A DNA stretch of 64,000 nt from the human T2T-CHM13v2.0 reference genome, Homo sapiens (GCF_009914755.1 NC_060939.1); one strand, 5' to 3'. Positions 11,007 to 26,999 are shown, counted from the first letter of the stretch. Made by a program: numbers and translations. The notes: generated by a model from the letters alone, not told the origin.

Positions 11007-11831
11007 CTGAGGAGGCAAACATCACCTGGCCGGAGGGGAGGTATGAAGTGGGGAAAGATGTCTCGCACCTGGCCAAGCTGAGTGGTGGGCTGCAAGGATG
11101 ATGTGCTTTGGCTAAATGAGAAACGGAGGGGTGTGGAGATGGGAGCAGGTGGAGTCAGTTTGAAGAAGTGGGGCTGAAGGAGGCATCATTACCTCCGAAT
11201 GGGAAAGTCTACAAAGCCTCACCCTTGCCTTTTTCTTCCACTGGGTAAAGGGCCAGCACCCTCTTGGCCTCAGCCTAGAACATCCTGGCACAGAAATCAA
11301 TTTCCCACCAGCACAGAGAGCAATGTCAGTGCACCGAATACAAAAGTTAGAGGGAAGGTATCTCTCTTTCCTAGTGGTTTCTTGCTTGGGGATTAAACAG
11401 TCCCATCTGGGTTTCCTCTCTGCCTTTAATCTCTCCCATGATTTCCCCTACCCTACCCTTTTCCTTTTCTGAAGGTAGAATAGAAAGCATTTCTATTCTA
11501 GCCTAATTCACACTGTATTTTGGATATAGCCTGCATTAAGTAAAGTTCAACATACAAGTAAGAGGATGAGAAAACCGAAGGCTCTCCTACTGTCGCCTCC
11601 TAGGACAGGAGGCAAGGTAGGCCACCTCTAACTCTTGTCACACCACTGGGAAAGGCAATGTCCAGGGATCCCTGGAAGAGACCCTCATGACCTTTGGTGG
11701 TTCTTCCCATGTCTCTGCATTGACCAAAGAGGAACAAGAATAATCCCATAGAGCTGGTTTCAGGTCCTTGCTTTAGGAGACATTTAAAAATGTATTCCTT
11801 GTCTTCCTAGCCACAGAGGGAAGATACTTAC

Positions 11832-11898
11832 AGATGGGGCCCAGCTCTGACAGGCAGTCAAATGCACAGACCCCAGTGGTCCCTAGTGTTGCACAGAC
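11832..11898 (-). CDS. HDC: HDC exon 7 ([22 protein letters not shown])
   Basis: cctag| acceptor, |gtaag donor, 67 nt, ATLGTT motif. Confidence 0.96.
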
Positions 11899-12361
11899 CT
11901 AGGGGAAAATTAAGGCAAGTTAACACAGGAGGGTGGGCTCGTGTGACACATTTGGCCTGAGAAAGATTTCACCACAGACGTGATCTACTCCCATCCATCC
12001 CACCAGAACAGTGTATATTTCAGACTGTGTTTTACCATGGCTCGTAAGAAACACATTTTATATAACAATCTAGTACATGTATACGTGTGTATTTGAAAAA
12101 AAAGTTTCATAAAACAATACATACTCTGGCTATATGTGTGCACTCTAATATTTTATACTATATTTCTTTTTAATGCTGGTTATGACCCACAAAATTTATT
12201 CCATAACACACCTATGGATAGCACCTCATGATGTGTAAAATACTGTATGGGAGGACCTTTCTGCTTTTGTGTGCAGCATGTTACTTACCTGAATTCTGCC
12301 AAAATTCCTTCCTCACATCCAAGTTCTATCATTCTAAGCTTAGGCATATATCCTGACTTAC

Positions 12362-12505
12362 AAAGACGGGCACCAAGCCCCGCTGCTTGTCTTCCTCGAT
12401 GGCCTTCTGAAGAGCTTCCCCTCGGAGTGAGAAGTTGTCATCCACAGGCAGAAATTTCATCTTCACAAGGGAAATCAAACCAGCCTTTTCCACAGAGGAG
12501 TGAGC
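12362..12505 (-). CDS. HDC: HDC exon 6 ([10 protein letters not shown]...RGLVPVF)
   Basis: Translated by hand (absent from the ORF track). ctag| acceptor, |gtaag donor, 144 nt, AHSSVEKA motif. Confidence 0.96.
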
Positions 12506-12761
12506 CTAGAAGGGCCACAGAAACCTGTCAGCAAAGAGTCATCCTGGAATGATCACCCCCCAGAAACTGCTGAAGCCTAAGACTCGGGAACCAAATATGA
12601 TCATTGGAAGCTTGTCTTCCCTACAGTTGCTGGAGACAAGCTCCCATGTCTGAGCTGCTCAGAACCCCAGCGTACTCACGTCTAGAAAAAAATTGCTCAA
12701 GGACCAAGATTCCAGAAGCCAAGCACCAACCCGAAGGGCTGTCCTGCGTCGGGCAACTCAC

Positions 12762-12896
12762 CTGGTCAGAGGCATAGGCCACGAGTCGGGCATTTAGGCA
12801 GGACTCATCAGCATCGGGCTCAGACGTTTTCATTTCCAGGATTTTGTTCTTCCTTGCTGCCAGCAGGGCAATCAAAGTGGATTCACTGACCGTGCT
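12762..12896 (-). CDS. HDC: HDC exon 5 ([12 protein letters not shown]...AYASDQ)
   Basis: gcag| acceptor, |gtgag donor, 135 nt. Confidence 0.97.
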
Positions 12897-12966
12897 CTGC
12901 AGGGGAAAAGGATTATCATGGCAGCCTTTCTGTATTCTCTTGCCAAATTTCCCCAGGCTTTCTAGT

Positions 12967-12970
<4 letters not shown>

Positions 12971-13023
<53 letters not shown>

Positions 13024-13045
13024 ATGTGTTTGTGTATGTGTGTGT
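12971..13045 (+). repeat. Compound (TC)n(TG)n microsatellite in HDC intron 4
   Basis: About 22 TC units, then imperfect TG units. Confidence 0.95.
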
Positions 13046-13724
13046 CATAGCTATTCACAGAAGGAAATACACAGCTCCTCCTGCCCAGGGTGCCCATGTC
13101 CCTCCCCAACTTTCATTCCTATTCTGCCTTCTAAAATAAGTTTGCACCTAATACCAGCCTCTCTATTACAGAGGCCACAGAAACCAAAAAGAGAATGTTC
13201 TGTCCCTCCTGGATGTGTTTGCTCCCCATGTAAAACATATTTAAAAGAAGAACTCTCAGCTTATTACACAAATGGATATGGAGTTTGAGTCCCCAGGAAG
13301 AGAGGATCCTGGCCTGTGTGAGAGGCTGGTGACTTGGGCCCATTTAGTTGTCAATAGCTCTTGTGACCTTGGGCTAACATTTCCCCTCCAGAAGACTCTT
13401 TTCTGTCTATGAAATGGAGAGCATCCCTTTAACTGCTTCCCAGGATGGGAGTATAGATTATCCAAACAAGGGTTGGGTAGGATTTTGCTCTGGCCATGAT
13501 TGTGGAAATCTTCGGGGCCACCTCAGGAACTTCACAGGAGTCTTTATGGTTCCTTATCATTCATTCACCCAGTCTTTGATGTCTTTGCTTCTTGAAATCT
13601 TCAAGTGACCTACAGCTGATAGAATCCTGCTAAAAATGCCTGGCAGACACTGTCATGGAGAGTGGTGTGGACCAGATCCCACAGATATTAAGTGCCTGGG
13701 AGTTACTCCATAAAAAGAAAGCTA

Positions 13725-14053
<329 letters not shown>

Positions 14054-14074
14054 GGTAACAACACCTTCCATCTG

Positions 14075-14440
14075 TATTGCAATTCATAGTTTACAAAACA
14101 CTTTCTGGCATTCTACTTGCTCCTCACAACACCTCTTTGAGATAATTATGATTCTTGTCACACTAAGATGAGGAGAGTGATGCTCAGAGAGGTGATGGGA
14201 CTAACTCAAGTTCACATGGCTGACGATACAGGAGAAAGCATGGTTTGGATTTAGACAGGCATCAGTTTGAATCCTCGTTCTTCCGCTTATCAGCTGTGTA
14301 AGCTAGGGCAAATTATTTAATCTCTCTGAACTTCAGTGCTCTTATCTCAAAACATTGGGGAATGGTACTATTCACCTGCAGGGTTCCTGAGATAATCAGA
14401 TGAAAAGCAAGATCATGTACCGCAGACATTTAGCATGTTC
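14075..14440. mobile_element. Two oppositely oriented MIR fragments
   Basis: gatgaggagagtgatgctcagagagg and ttatcagctgtgtaagctagggcaaattatttaatctctctg. Confidence 0.6.
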
Positions 14441-14596
14441 TCCCAAATATGATATCTGAAGTTGTAACTATTTGCTGACAATCCAAAATGTCCACAACAT
14501 GCTGCAATTTGTCTTTCTTCCGAGGTTCAGATTTTAATCTTGCTGCAAGGCTGCAGTGAGAGAGGGAGTCACTTAGCTAGCAAGAGGACCTAGTGA

Positions 14597-14923
<327 letters not shown>

Positions 14924-15662
14924 ACGATTTTTATTTAAAAAAAGAATTCATTGAATCCTTGCATATACTCTTTGAGGGAAATAGTATTATTATCTCTGTC
15001 TCATAGATTATAAAACCAGGAAACATACATTAAAGTAGAATTCAAGAATCTGAGGAATCTCAAAGGTCTTAGAACCAAGCCCTCATGAACGTCAAGGATT
15101 TATAGATGCAAAAGCACCTAACAATGTGTGTGGTCCATGGGAGGCACCCAGAAAGCTCCACTCCATGGCACTACTCTTGAAAAAAAGAAATATTTGAAGA
15201 ACCATAATTTGACAAGTATCCAGAAGATAGGGTCAGAGGATACCGTTAATCAGTTTATGCTGTTAATTGCTCTCACTGCAAGGGATCTCCTGAACCTAGC
15301 AGGGAGAGAAAGAGAAGTCCTCTCCTTGCCTTCTCCTTTCCCCTTTTACCGTGAGATACAAAATGGGACACCAAAAAGGAATTGTCAGATTATAGACTAA
15401 GAAACCTGAATCAAGTCATACTGGAAATGTGATCATGTGTTGGCTCTTTAATTTCTTTCAAAGGAAGTAGCAGTACATGTGAATGAAGCAGAAGCTGAGG
15501 TGGGAGTAGAGGTGGAAGCTGTGATGATGGTGCTGTTGGTGATGACGGTGTGGGTAATGTGGGGGAAACTCCATGGAGAACGGGAGAATTGCCAGGTTAG
15601 GGTTTGGCTTGTCTTTCGCTACTTAGCCCCCAAGCTAGGTGAAGCTTTGCCAAGGGAGGTAC

Positions 15663-15785
15663 CTGCAGGACGCCTCCGCCCTGGCTGCTGGGGTGGTGGT
15701 GCAAGAAGTGCTCTGGAAGTCCCAGCATTTTTGCCAACCAGTCCATGACGTTCATCTCCAGCTCTGTACACGCAGGGCTGGATGC
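15663..15785 (-). CDS. HDC: HDC exon 4 ([10 protein letters not shown]...GGGVLQ)
   Basis: ctcag| acceptor, |gtacc donor, 123 nt. SPACTELE motif of the AADC/HDC family. Confidence 0.97.
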
Positions 15786-16641
15786 CTGAGAAAGGAAAAG
15801 GAACTTCAAACTGCACAGCCCCAGGGCACTGAGGTGCCCCCACGAGCTCCAGAAACATGTCTGCCCCTGATGGTGTCAATGGGAACATTTCTGGAGAAGG
15901 GGTCATGTTAGGCCACGTGCCTCTCTCCTGGTCCACTCTCTGTCAACCAAAAGAGAAAATAATGTGGGGTTTTGGATTCATGCTGCCCTCAATGAGGCGA
16001 ATTCTCCAAGGCTCTATGGAGAAACAGCCCTAGAAATGGTTGGCTTGGATTTGGTTCTCCAAGTCGCTAAAATACATAGCTGAGAAGTCCTCAAATGCCC
16101 AGGGGGATGTTTTCCTAGAAAAGATATGAATACCCCCGCCCACCCACCCACACACCCATAGGAGTTCAGGCTTAAAATAAAAAGATGTTCTGGAAGGCTT
16201 TTGGCACCATTTAAAGCTGAGTGGTGCTTAAGGGGTTATTAAGGGAAGTCTTAGGACATATCTCCAGCTACTCAAATACAAGAGCACAGAGGAAGTGGTG
16301 ACTCAATAGGCATCAAATTGCTTAGGTAAGGTCACAAACTGTGGCAATAACCAGATCTGTATCCAAGTCTTATCTGTGTCTCTATGAGCTGTGTGATCTG
16401 GGGGAGATAAGTTGCTTAAGCCTCGATTTCTTCACCTACAAAATGGGATCAATACTCGTGATTCCATAGGGTTAAAGGATGTGATGAGAAAATTAAAATA
16501 AAGCGTAAGCTTAAAGAATATAGCCCTCATTAATATTTATTGTGGAGCCATATTCAGAAACCAAGACAAAATATGTCTGCCCTAGGATACCACTCCCTGC
16601 TACGTTCCCCATTGCGAGTAGTTACAGCCGTTGCTACTCAC

Positions 16642-16755
16642 CCAGGTGAATCCCAAGCAGTTGATGGCATCAGCCAGCATGTCTCCTAGCAGGGAGGGCC
16701 AAGAGGTGAGGGCTGGGTAGTAGGCGTGCATATGGGGGCTCTGCCAATGTACCAC
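16642..16755 (-). CDS. HDC: HDC exon 3 ([14 protein letters not shown]...CLGFTW)
   Basis: ccag| acceptor, |gtgag donor, 114 nt, phase 0/0. Confidence 0.97.
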
Positions 16756-17083
16756 CTGGAGGCAGAGCATGCACAGAGTTGGCACCAGGAGGCATTTCCA
16801 GCAGGCTTTCTTTCTCCAGAGACCATCTCTGGCAAGGTGAAGTGTCACTCTAGAGATGGGCTGACACTTTTAAGCAGAAATAAGTGACATAACTCCATGA
16901 AAATCAGACTTGTTCACTGGTGTTCTTGTCACTAATGTGGCCCATGTCCTATGCTAGATCATCAGTGGAGCCTTTTCATATATGCAAAGTCCAGAAGGAA
17001 ATATGCAAAAGGAAAATCACTACAGTAACCCAGTTGTGGGATTCTGGGTGGTATTCACATTAGTCCCCAGTACTTACCCCTCA

Positions 17084-17444
<361 letters not shown>

Positions 17445-18218
17445 CTACTTGTTTCATCCAGTTTCTTGCAAAAGGCACCTTTTGTTTTTGTTTTATGGAG
17501 CACTGAGCTCCCTGAGCATGCAACTCAGAGGGTCTGGGTGAATGGGTTCAAAGCTGTCCTTAAGCATCACATTGGGAATGTAGTGAGGAAAGGAGACGGT
17601 AGAGAGGAGAGCCCAGACCAAGCGTATGGGAGGCCGACCTCCAGGCTAAGCCCTGAGCCCACAATCAAAACCGGATGTAAGGAGGAGCTGAGTGGGCAGG
17701 AAGGGCCCCCCATCAGAACTCAGAAGCAGCCCTGGTGGTTCATCGGCCTCATGGATTATCTCATCTCTCCTCATCTCACTGCTCTGCAAGCATGCCCTGT
17801 TCCTTTCTGCATTTATGTCTTTGAGCAATGCTGTGTCCCCTGATAGAAAGGCACTCTCTATAAAGACATGACCTTCCAAAACCTGCCAGTTCTTAGAAAG
17901 CTACTAAATATTCATTTCCTCCTCGAACTCTCCCCCAGCTCCCACAGCTCCCTTCGATCCCTTCCCTGAGCGATAGAACTCTAGAATTCTAGATGTTTCA
18001 CTCTACTGAGGACTCATTTGATAACATCTTAGGGCATCATCCTGTTCTTTACTGTCCACACATACTTAGAGTCCTTCAAGAGCAAGGACCTTGTCCTGGA
18101 CAGTGTGTATAGTATAAGGAGCCTAAGAATTAAGTCCAAGGACACAAGTTCCCATCCCACCTCAGTCCCTAACCAGCTGTGTGACCGTGTAGATTTACCA
18201 TGAAGCTAATGAACTTAA

Positions 18219-18558
<340 letters not shown>

Positions 18559-19735
18559 TCCTTCTTTTTTGTTTTTCAAAAGGAGGTCTCAAAAAGTGTT
18601 TACAGTACAGACCCCATAAGACCAGGAGCCTCTCCTGCACCTCCCTCAACCTCAGTTTCTCATCGTAAAATAAATCCTGTCTCCTAGGGTTGTTGTGTGG
18701 GTGGAGGCGTGGGCAAGAAATGTGTGAAATGTTAAGCTCTAACATTAACGGTAAACTAATCATGTGGGTGACAGACACATCACATATCCTGACTTGACTC
18801 AGAGAATCAAACCTCTTCCTCCAATTTTCACCATGTAAGAGTCATGATCGGTAATAACCACATCTCCTGCTCTCCAAGCCTTCTCTTACTTACTTCTCAC
18901 AGGACCCTATGGGGTAGGACCTACACATTATCTCTGTTTTGCAGGCGAGAACTGGGGCTGACAGAGAGAGGCCACATCCCTGTGGTCACACATACCCCAT
19001 AGGGACAGGTGACCGCAATGAGGCAGAAGCCCAGACACCCGAGCAGGGTGGTGTCCTGACTTTTCCCGTGGGGATGCTCTCTCTCTCTCATGAAAAGTAA
19101 ATGAGGATTGTCTAACCAGGGTTGGAATTAAAGGGGAAAGAGAGTTTTTCTTCTCTTATTTTCTAGGTGGTGGCAGGAAGAGAAAAACTAATTCAGTTTT
19201 CAATGAGGCACTGAGCAAAATGAGTAAGCAAAGGGCCAACTGCTTTCAGGCCAGCTCTCAGAGGCTGGTGTGGCCTGAGAGATGAGTTGAGAGATTTGAC
19301 CATCATTATCACTGTCCTTAGTGACAGTATTTTGGAAACCCCAGAGAAGGGCTTCTACCTCCTAGCTCTATCAAGAGACAATAGTCTGTTCTTGTAAGAT
19401 AAATAAGATAAAATAGCCAGAAGAGCCCTTATCAAAAACAAACAGACCTCTTTCCAGAAATGAGCCTCACCGACCATACCCACAGCAACTGCTGGAATTC
19501 CTCTTGATCAAATGAATCAGCTCATTTCCACCTCTTCTGACAGTTGCTTTCAGTCTCACTCCCAGATTACAGTTAGCCCCTCAGCAGATTACATTTTACA
19601 GAATAAAATCCAGGAGATAATCTTATCAGGATCTAGCCTCCGTAAAGCCTTACTGATATTGACATTTTCAAAAAATGCTTGTGAAATAGGCTGAATGGTC
19701 AAAGAGATGAGTGGCTTTGTATGAAATTGCCCTCA

Positions 19736-19882
<147 letters not shown>

Positions 19883-19935
19883 TCAAAATTGCCATCACTT
19901 TCTGAGTTTGAATATTTTCCCACCCCTGCCTCTAG

Positions 19936-20424
<489 letters not shown>

Positions 20425-20479
20425 TAGCCAGGCACATTCAGGCACCCACCAGTAGAGGTGACAGAGGGTAGGAGAAACG

Positions 20480-20670
20480 GCACAGCCTGTGAAGTAAGAC
20501 TGGTCTAGGGTAAAATCCTGGATCTACCAGGTACTAATTCTGTGACTTTGGGCAAGACAGTTAACTTCTCTGAGCATCAGCAGTTTCCTCATCTGTAAAA
20601 CAGGGCCACTGGGAAGATTAAATTAGATAGCATGTCATGTGGCCAGCACAGAGCTGGCACATGGCAGGGA
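20480..20670 (+). mobile_element. MIR
   Basis: tgtgactttgggcaag...cagtttcctcatctgtaaaa core. Confidence 0.7.
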
Positions 20671-21472
20671 GCCCCGCCACAGGAAGGGAGTCGATGCCAC
20701 TTTAGCATGAGCACCATGGCAGAGCTCCTCACCGCCAGTGGTCAGGGGTGTCCACCACCCATCAAGGCAGGCTCCAGCTCAAGCCCATGCATCAGCCAGC
20801 TTCCATCAGCTTCCTGGCCCCACCAGCACTATCCCAGGCTGCACCCTCCATCATGGAAAGTATCAATGATTCAGGGAAAGTCCCTTCTTGCTCTTGAAAA
20901 GCAGCTCAATCACCAGACCTCAGAGGGGACAGGAGGGGTTGCCAGGGCCCACTCAGTTTCCTGGGCCAACGCAACCTGGTCACCAGCGTGTCCTTGCCAG
21001 GATGTGTTCCCCACTTCCTTCCTTCTCTTTGGTGTGGTCTCAGACACTGTACAGAAGAGTCTCTGGCTCCGTCGTCAGGGCCAGGCACTACCACCAGCTT
21101 CCTCTCCCCTGTCTTACTATACACAGTTGTCCTTTCCCCTCAGACAAAATGTTCACTTCTCCACCCATCCCATTAGACTTCCACACTTCTGCCAGGCTGT
21201 GCTCTGGAATGCAGGTGTTCTGGCCAGCCCTGCCCTGGCATCAGAAACCTCATGCCATGGCACAACTGGGCAAAAAAAAAGAAAAAGAAACCTAATACCA
21301 GTCAAAGTCCTGCCCTCCACATGCCTAGCAGATGGGCTGGGGTGTTGGTGGCCAAGTGGCTGAAGGATGCATTCTCATCCCAAGCTGACCCAAAGCAGGT
21401 CTTTCTCCAGGCCACCACCCACCCTTCTGTGCCCTGAAATCCAGAACTGCCCTTGTGGTCACTGTGTCTCAC

Positions 21473-21645
21473 CCCAGGCATGATGATTCGTTCAATGTCC
21501 CCAAAGATGCTGTCCCAGCTGTCGGGGTCCTCAGGAGCACTCTCAGGCAGCTGGGCTCGCAGGTAGCCAGGCTGCACGTCTGGCGTCACACGTCTCTCCC
21601 GCACAGTGCTCAGGTACTGGCAGATGTAATCCACCATCTCTCTCC
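21473..21645 (-). CDS. HDC: HDC exon 2 (GREMVDYICQYL...IERIIMPG)
   Basis: tctag| acceptor, |gtgag donor, 173 nt. Group II PLP decarboxylase N-terminus, seen in ORF 21302..21709. Confidence 0.97.
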
Positions 21646-21757
21646 CTAGAAGTGACATAGAGAAATCAGGCTGAAATCCCCTGACTGGGCCTGACCGATT
21701 TGTGCCCATCCCTCTCAGGTCCGGGCCAAGAGACTTGGTAAAGAAGGAGATGGATTT

Positions 21758-22077
<320 letters not shown>

Positions 22078-22449
22078 TTATCTTCAGAATTTAAAAAAAG
22101 AGTGAGGGAGTGAATGAATGATGGAGGGAGTTTCTAAGTGAGCAAATGAACAAAAAGGAAAATCTCCAAAGCACAAAACTCTAGCGCCAAAGTGAAACGT
22201 TTCATTTTCTTTCCCCTTCCTTTATCCACTTCAATTTTGATTGTCTCTCCTACCTTTCTTTCCTTCTCAGAAACAGAACATCTATTAACTATTTTATAGG
22301 TTCAATAGAAACTCTATAGCTCTTTGTATCCAAAAATTGTTACACACACACCCACCAGTTATATCTGTTAGCACAGATAGAAAGATTCCATGCCCAGTTC
22401 CGATAAAGGACAAAAAAATCTATTTTTTCACCATCCCCATTGAATCAGT

Positions 22450-22600
22450 TATTATTCATCTTTTTTGGACTCATATGAGGACTTAATTCAAGAATCTGAT
22501 TAAAACTGTAGGCTTACATATACACAGAACTTTGTGTATAATTTCTGAGGCTCACAGAATCCCTAAAGCACAACCATGGATCCAGACCAAGCCCCCTGCC
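22450..22600 (+). mobile_element. hAT-Charlie MITE, related to the HDC 3'UTR copy
   Basis: aagaatctgattaaaactgt...tataatttctgaggctcacagaatccctaaag aligns by eye with 356-458. Confidence 0.55.
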
Positions 22601-23830
22601 CTGGCCTGGGAAATGTGGCACCAAATCTTAATGACTTTCTCTCCCTCCTGCTGCCTCCATCAACACCTCAGTGCTTAGGATATTTTTTAGATGCTAAAAA
22701 AAAATGTATCAAGTGAATGAACATATGAGTAAGGAAGGAAAAAAAAGTCAAGTTGAACACTCTGAAACTATTGCAAATTATTTATTCTTTCAGATTGCAG
22801 TCTTCAGTGCCTCTGTTGCTGTGTGTGCATGTGTGTGTGTGTACATATCTCTTTGTCTGTCTCAACATCCATTCCTTAGTACTCCCTGGGCTGCTTTTAC
22901 CTAGGAGAGGGGACTCAGTTTCTCCCCTCTGCATCAGCTTATGCAAAGTTCTTAAGAACAGAACCAACCCCAGACAAAACTTATGAGACAAAGGTAGATT
23001 TCCACACCATTCTATCTTCCTTCTGCTCCCCTTCAACCCTCTCACATCCTGGTTCTTCTCCAGCAGGGCCCCACCAGAGATCTGAGAGCTCTAGACCTAA
23101 CCCTCCACTGATCCAGGAACAGTGCTAAATGTATTTGTGTTCCACTCAGAAGATAAATATCCACAGGAACTTGCTCTCAGCTGACAGTGCCTTAGGAAAG
23201 CAATGGAATAAGCTAACGCACACTAATTAGTGAGTAGGAGGATATAAAACATTATAGAAATAGACATTCAAGATTCTTTTTTAAGCAACTACCTACTTTC
23301 CTGCTAAGGGAGATCCATGCCTGAGAACTGGATAACCACTTGGTTTTGCCTGATACAGAGTAGGCACCTACTAAATATTTATGAAATGAATGACTAAATG
23401 AAAGAACACTGCTGATAGATTCACACATGAAGGAATGAATGTTAAGAAAGAAAGGATTTGCAGTGATTACAGAATATTGAGAAAATTTTTTTCTATTTCA
23501 GAATATGAACAATCCCCTTTTCCCATCTAGTGGCTCAGGGATCCAAATCCTCAATTTTGTGGGAAAGTGGGGAGGAAAAGCAAGGCACGGTAGTGTGGAC
23601 ATATGTGAGAGTGGGTATATGAGAGGGAGAATGAAAGAGTGGTTGAGAAAAGTTTTACACTCTGATCCCACATTCCTTTCGCAGAAAAAAAAATGTTGCT
23701 GGTGCCAACTCTCAGAAGGCAATTCTAATGCTCCCATCAAATGTCACCCCAGAATCTAAGGGCCACCCACCAGCAGCCGTTCCTGCAGGAGTAGCAGCAG
23801 GGAAGAGGGCCAGGGATGCCCGTTGCTCAC

Positions 23831-23861
23831 CTCTCTCTCTGTACTCCTCAGGCTCCATCAT
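23831..23861 (-). CDS. HDC: HDC exon 1 coding part (MMEPEEYRER + first base of G11)
   Basis: Minus strand reads ATG ATG GAG CCT GAG GAG TAC AGA GAG AGA G|gtgag. 31 nt, phase 1, joins exon 2 in frame. Confidence 0.96.
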
Positions 23862-24030
23862 CTCCCTTGGGCTCTGGCTCCTTCTCACAGATGGACACGC
23901 AGGAGGTGGAAGGCGTGAAAGGCGTGGAGCAGCCCGGCTTCCCTCTTGCCAGTCCTGCGCACTCCCTGGCAGCCAGTGTGGGCCCTTTATTTAAAGGGTT
24001 CTTTCTTTGACCTTAGCTCCGCCCTTCAAA
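23862..24030 (-). promoter_or_regulatory. HDC: HDC 5'UTR and core promoter: TATA-like TAAATAAA (23986-23993), GC box GGGCGGAG (24017-24024); TSS expected near 23960-23965
   Basis: Motifs seen directly with canonical spacing upstream of the ATG. The exact TSS is inferred. Confidence 0.75.
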
Positions 24031-24871
24031 GTCCCTTCCTCCAGGTTTAATTAATTCCACCCTTTCTTTCCCCAGTCCTTGTAGAAAACAGCGACCACAA
24101 CTTTGACTGGTCAAGAGAGCCAGGATAAAAGGCGCTTCTAAATTAAGCAGTGCACTTAGCAACCCAAGCCTGCAGGCAGCCTCCAGGTGGATGCCGTAAA
24201 AGAGCCCTCAGTTCTTTCTGCCCCTGGATTCAGACAATAGAGCTCCAGCCTCAGACAAGCTCCCAGCTCAGTAGACCAGAATAAGGCCAAGGGTATGCAG
24301 AAAAAGTAGCACAAATTATTAGTATTATTCCTGCCCCTGTTTCCTTATCAGCAGTAGGGAGGGAGGAACAGGCACTAATAGTGATGCCCCCTGTGCCCAG
24401 GAACAGGCAGAAGTTATCATTGACCACAATGGATTTTTCTATTACAACATACTATCTGTTGTTGCAAAGAATGAAAAAACACAGTTATAAGCCAAAAAGA
24501 ATAGAAATTAAAACATCACCCCAAATTAATCACTTTTAGCACTTAAAGAAGTAGAAGGGGGGCGTGTAAAGGGACCTGCAGAAACCCCTGTAGGGAGGGG
24601 AAACACTATCCTTGGGGTTTGATTTCTGAGTAAAAAGTAATCCAACGTTTTCACGTTGCTAAATGCAATAGTCTTTCTTGTTTATTTGTTTCCAGTCGTC
24701 CTTCTGGTTCTCTTGGTGGCATTTTATTTGTTACTACTTCATCCTTGCAGCTCACAGTTTCTCTGGGCTTTCCTCCTACATCTCTGGCTGTTTGTTTCCT
24801 CCAATGCTGGCACACCTCAGGGCATTGCCCTCCTTTCATCTTTCTGCTTTGGTGGCATTGCCCATTTCTAA

Positions 24872-25175
<304 letters not shown>

Positions 25176-25404
25176 CCATTTCTTAGGCTTGAAATGTTAC
25201 CTATGTGATATCCGTATAGGTTTAAACATACCATCAGGCCCTCCCTGTCTTTTGAGCTTCAAAATCTTATATCCAACTGCCTTTCTGACAAATCCTCTCT
25301 TATGACTCTGAGGCACCTCAAACTTAACGTATTGCAAAACTGTCTTTCCCCAAAAATATGCCCCACTTCTAGTCTTCCCCATCTCAGTTCATCATCTCTC
25401 CATT

Positions 25405-25515
25405 TTCCATCCACCCATCTATTCACCCCTTGACCGTCCATTCATCCAACCACTCATCCATCCAACCACCATCCATGCATCCATCTATCCTTTCATCCAT
25501 CCATTCATCCACCCA
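25405..25515 (+). repeat. Degenerate (CATC)n tetranucleotide repeat
   Basis: Directly visible. Confidence 0.85.
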
Positions 25516-25924
25516 AATGCTGAAGGCATAAACCTGGTGTCTTCCTTCCCCTTCACTTTCCCTGCTCCCTGCCCAATTCAATCTGTTCAGATTCAGTTCT
25601 ATTTCCAAAATAAATCTAGTCTGTCAAATTCTCCCCATTTCCATGACTACCACCCTATTCCGGTCCAAGCCACCATTATCCTTCACCTAGACTAATGCAG
25701 GAGGCTTCTCATTGGCCTGTTACTGACCATGGGTTCTTGGGCTCTCAATGTAATAGAAATTGAGAAGGCCAAAAGAGTTTTCCCAGACAGGGCATTATCA
25801 GAGCTTATGCCCAGGCATAAGGGAGACAGCACGAGAGAGAGAATTCTCTGGCAGGCTCCTTGAAGAGAGTCAGGAAAGTAATTTTAGGCTAAAATAGGTA
25901 GGAAATTTTTTAATTACTACTGAA

Positions 25925-26880
<956 letters not shown>

Positions 26881-26999
26881 AAGCCCTAAGAAAATAAGGG
26901 CATTGGTGAAAAAATGGCCTAGAGGATTTAGATTCCAGTGATATTGTCAATAAATCCTTCATTAGGAGCCAGGGTGGGAAAAATAATAATATTGACAAC

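Noticed and set aside
17980-17993. 14-bp palindrome tctagaattctaga (and the 9-bp inverted repeat at 34129-34149)
   Set aside because: Short and AT-rich, so expected by chance in 64 kb. The spacing does not fit a canonical heat-shock element.
20632-21363. 243-aa plus-strand ORF antisense to HDC intron 2
   Set aside because: No recognisable domain, it starts in a MIR remnant, and its composition fits a chance ORF in GC-richer DNA.
25718-25880. Possible LTR fragment (tgttactgacc...gggttcttgggctc)
   Set aside because: Looks LTR-like, but I cannot assign a family or boundaries without Dfam.
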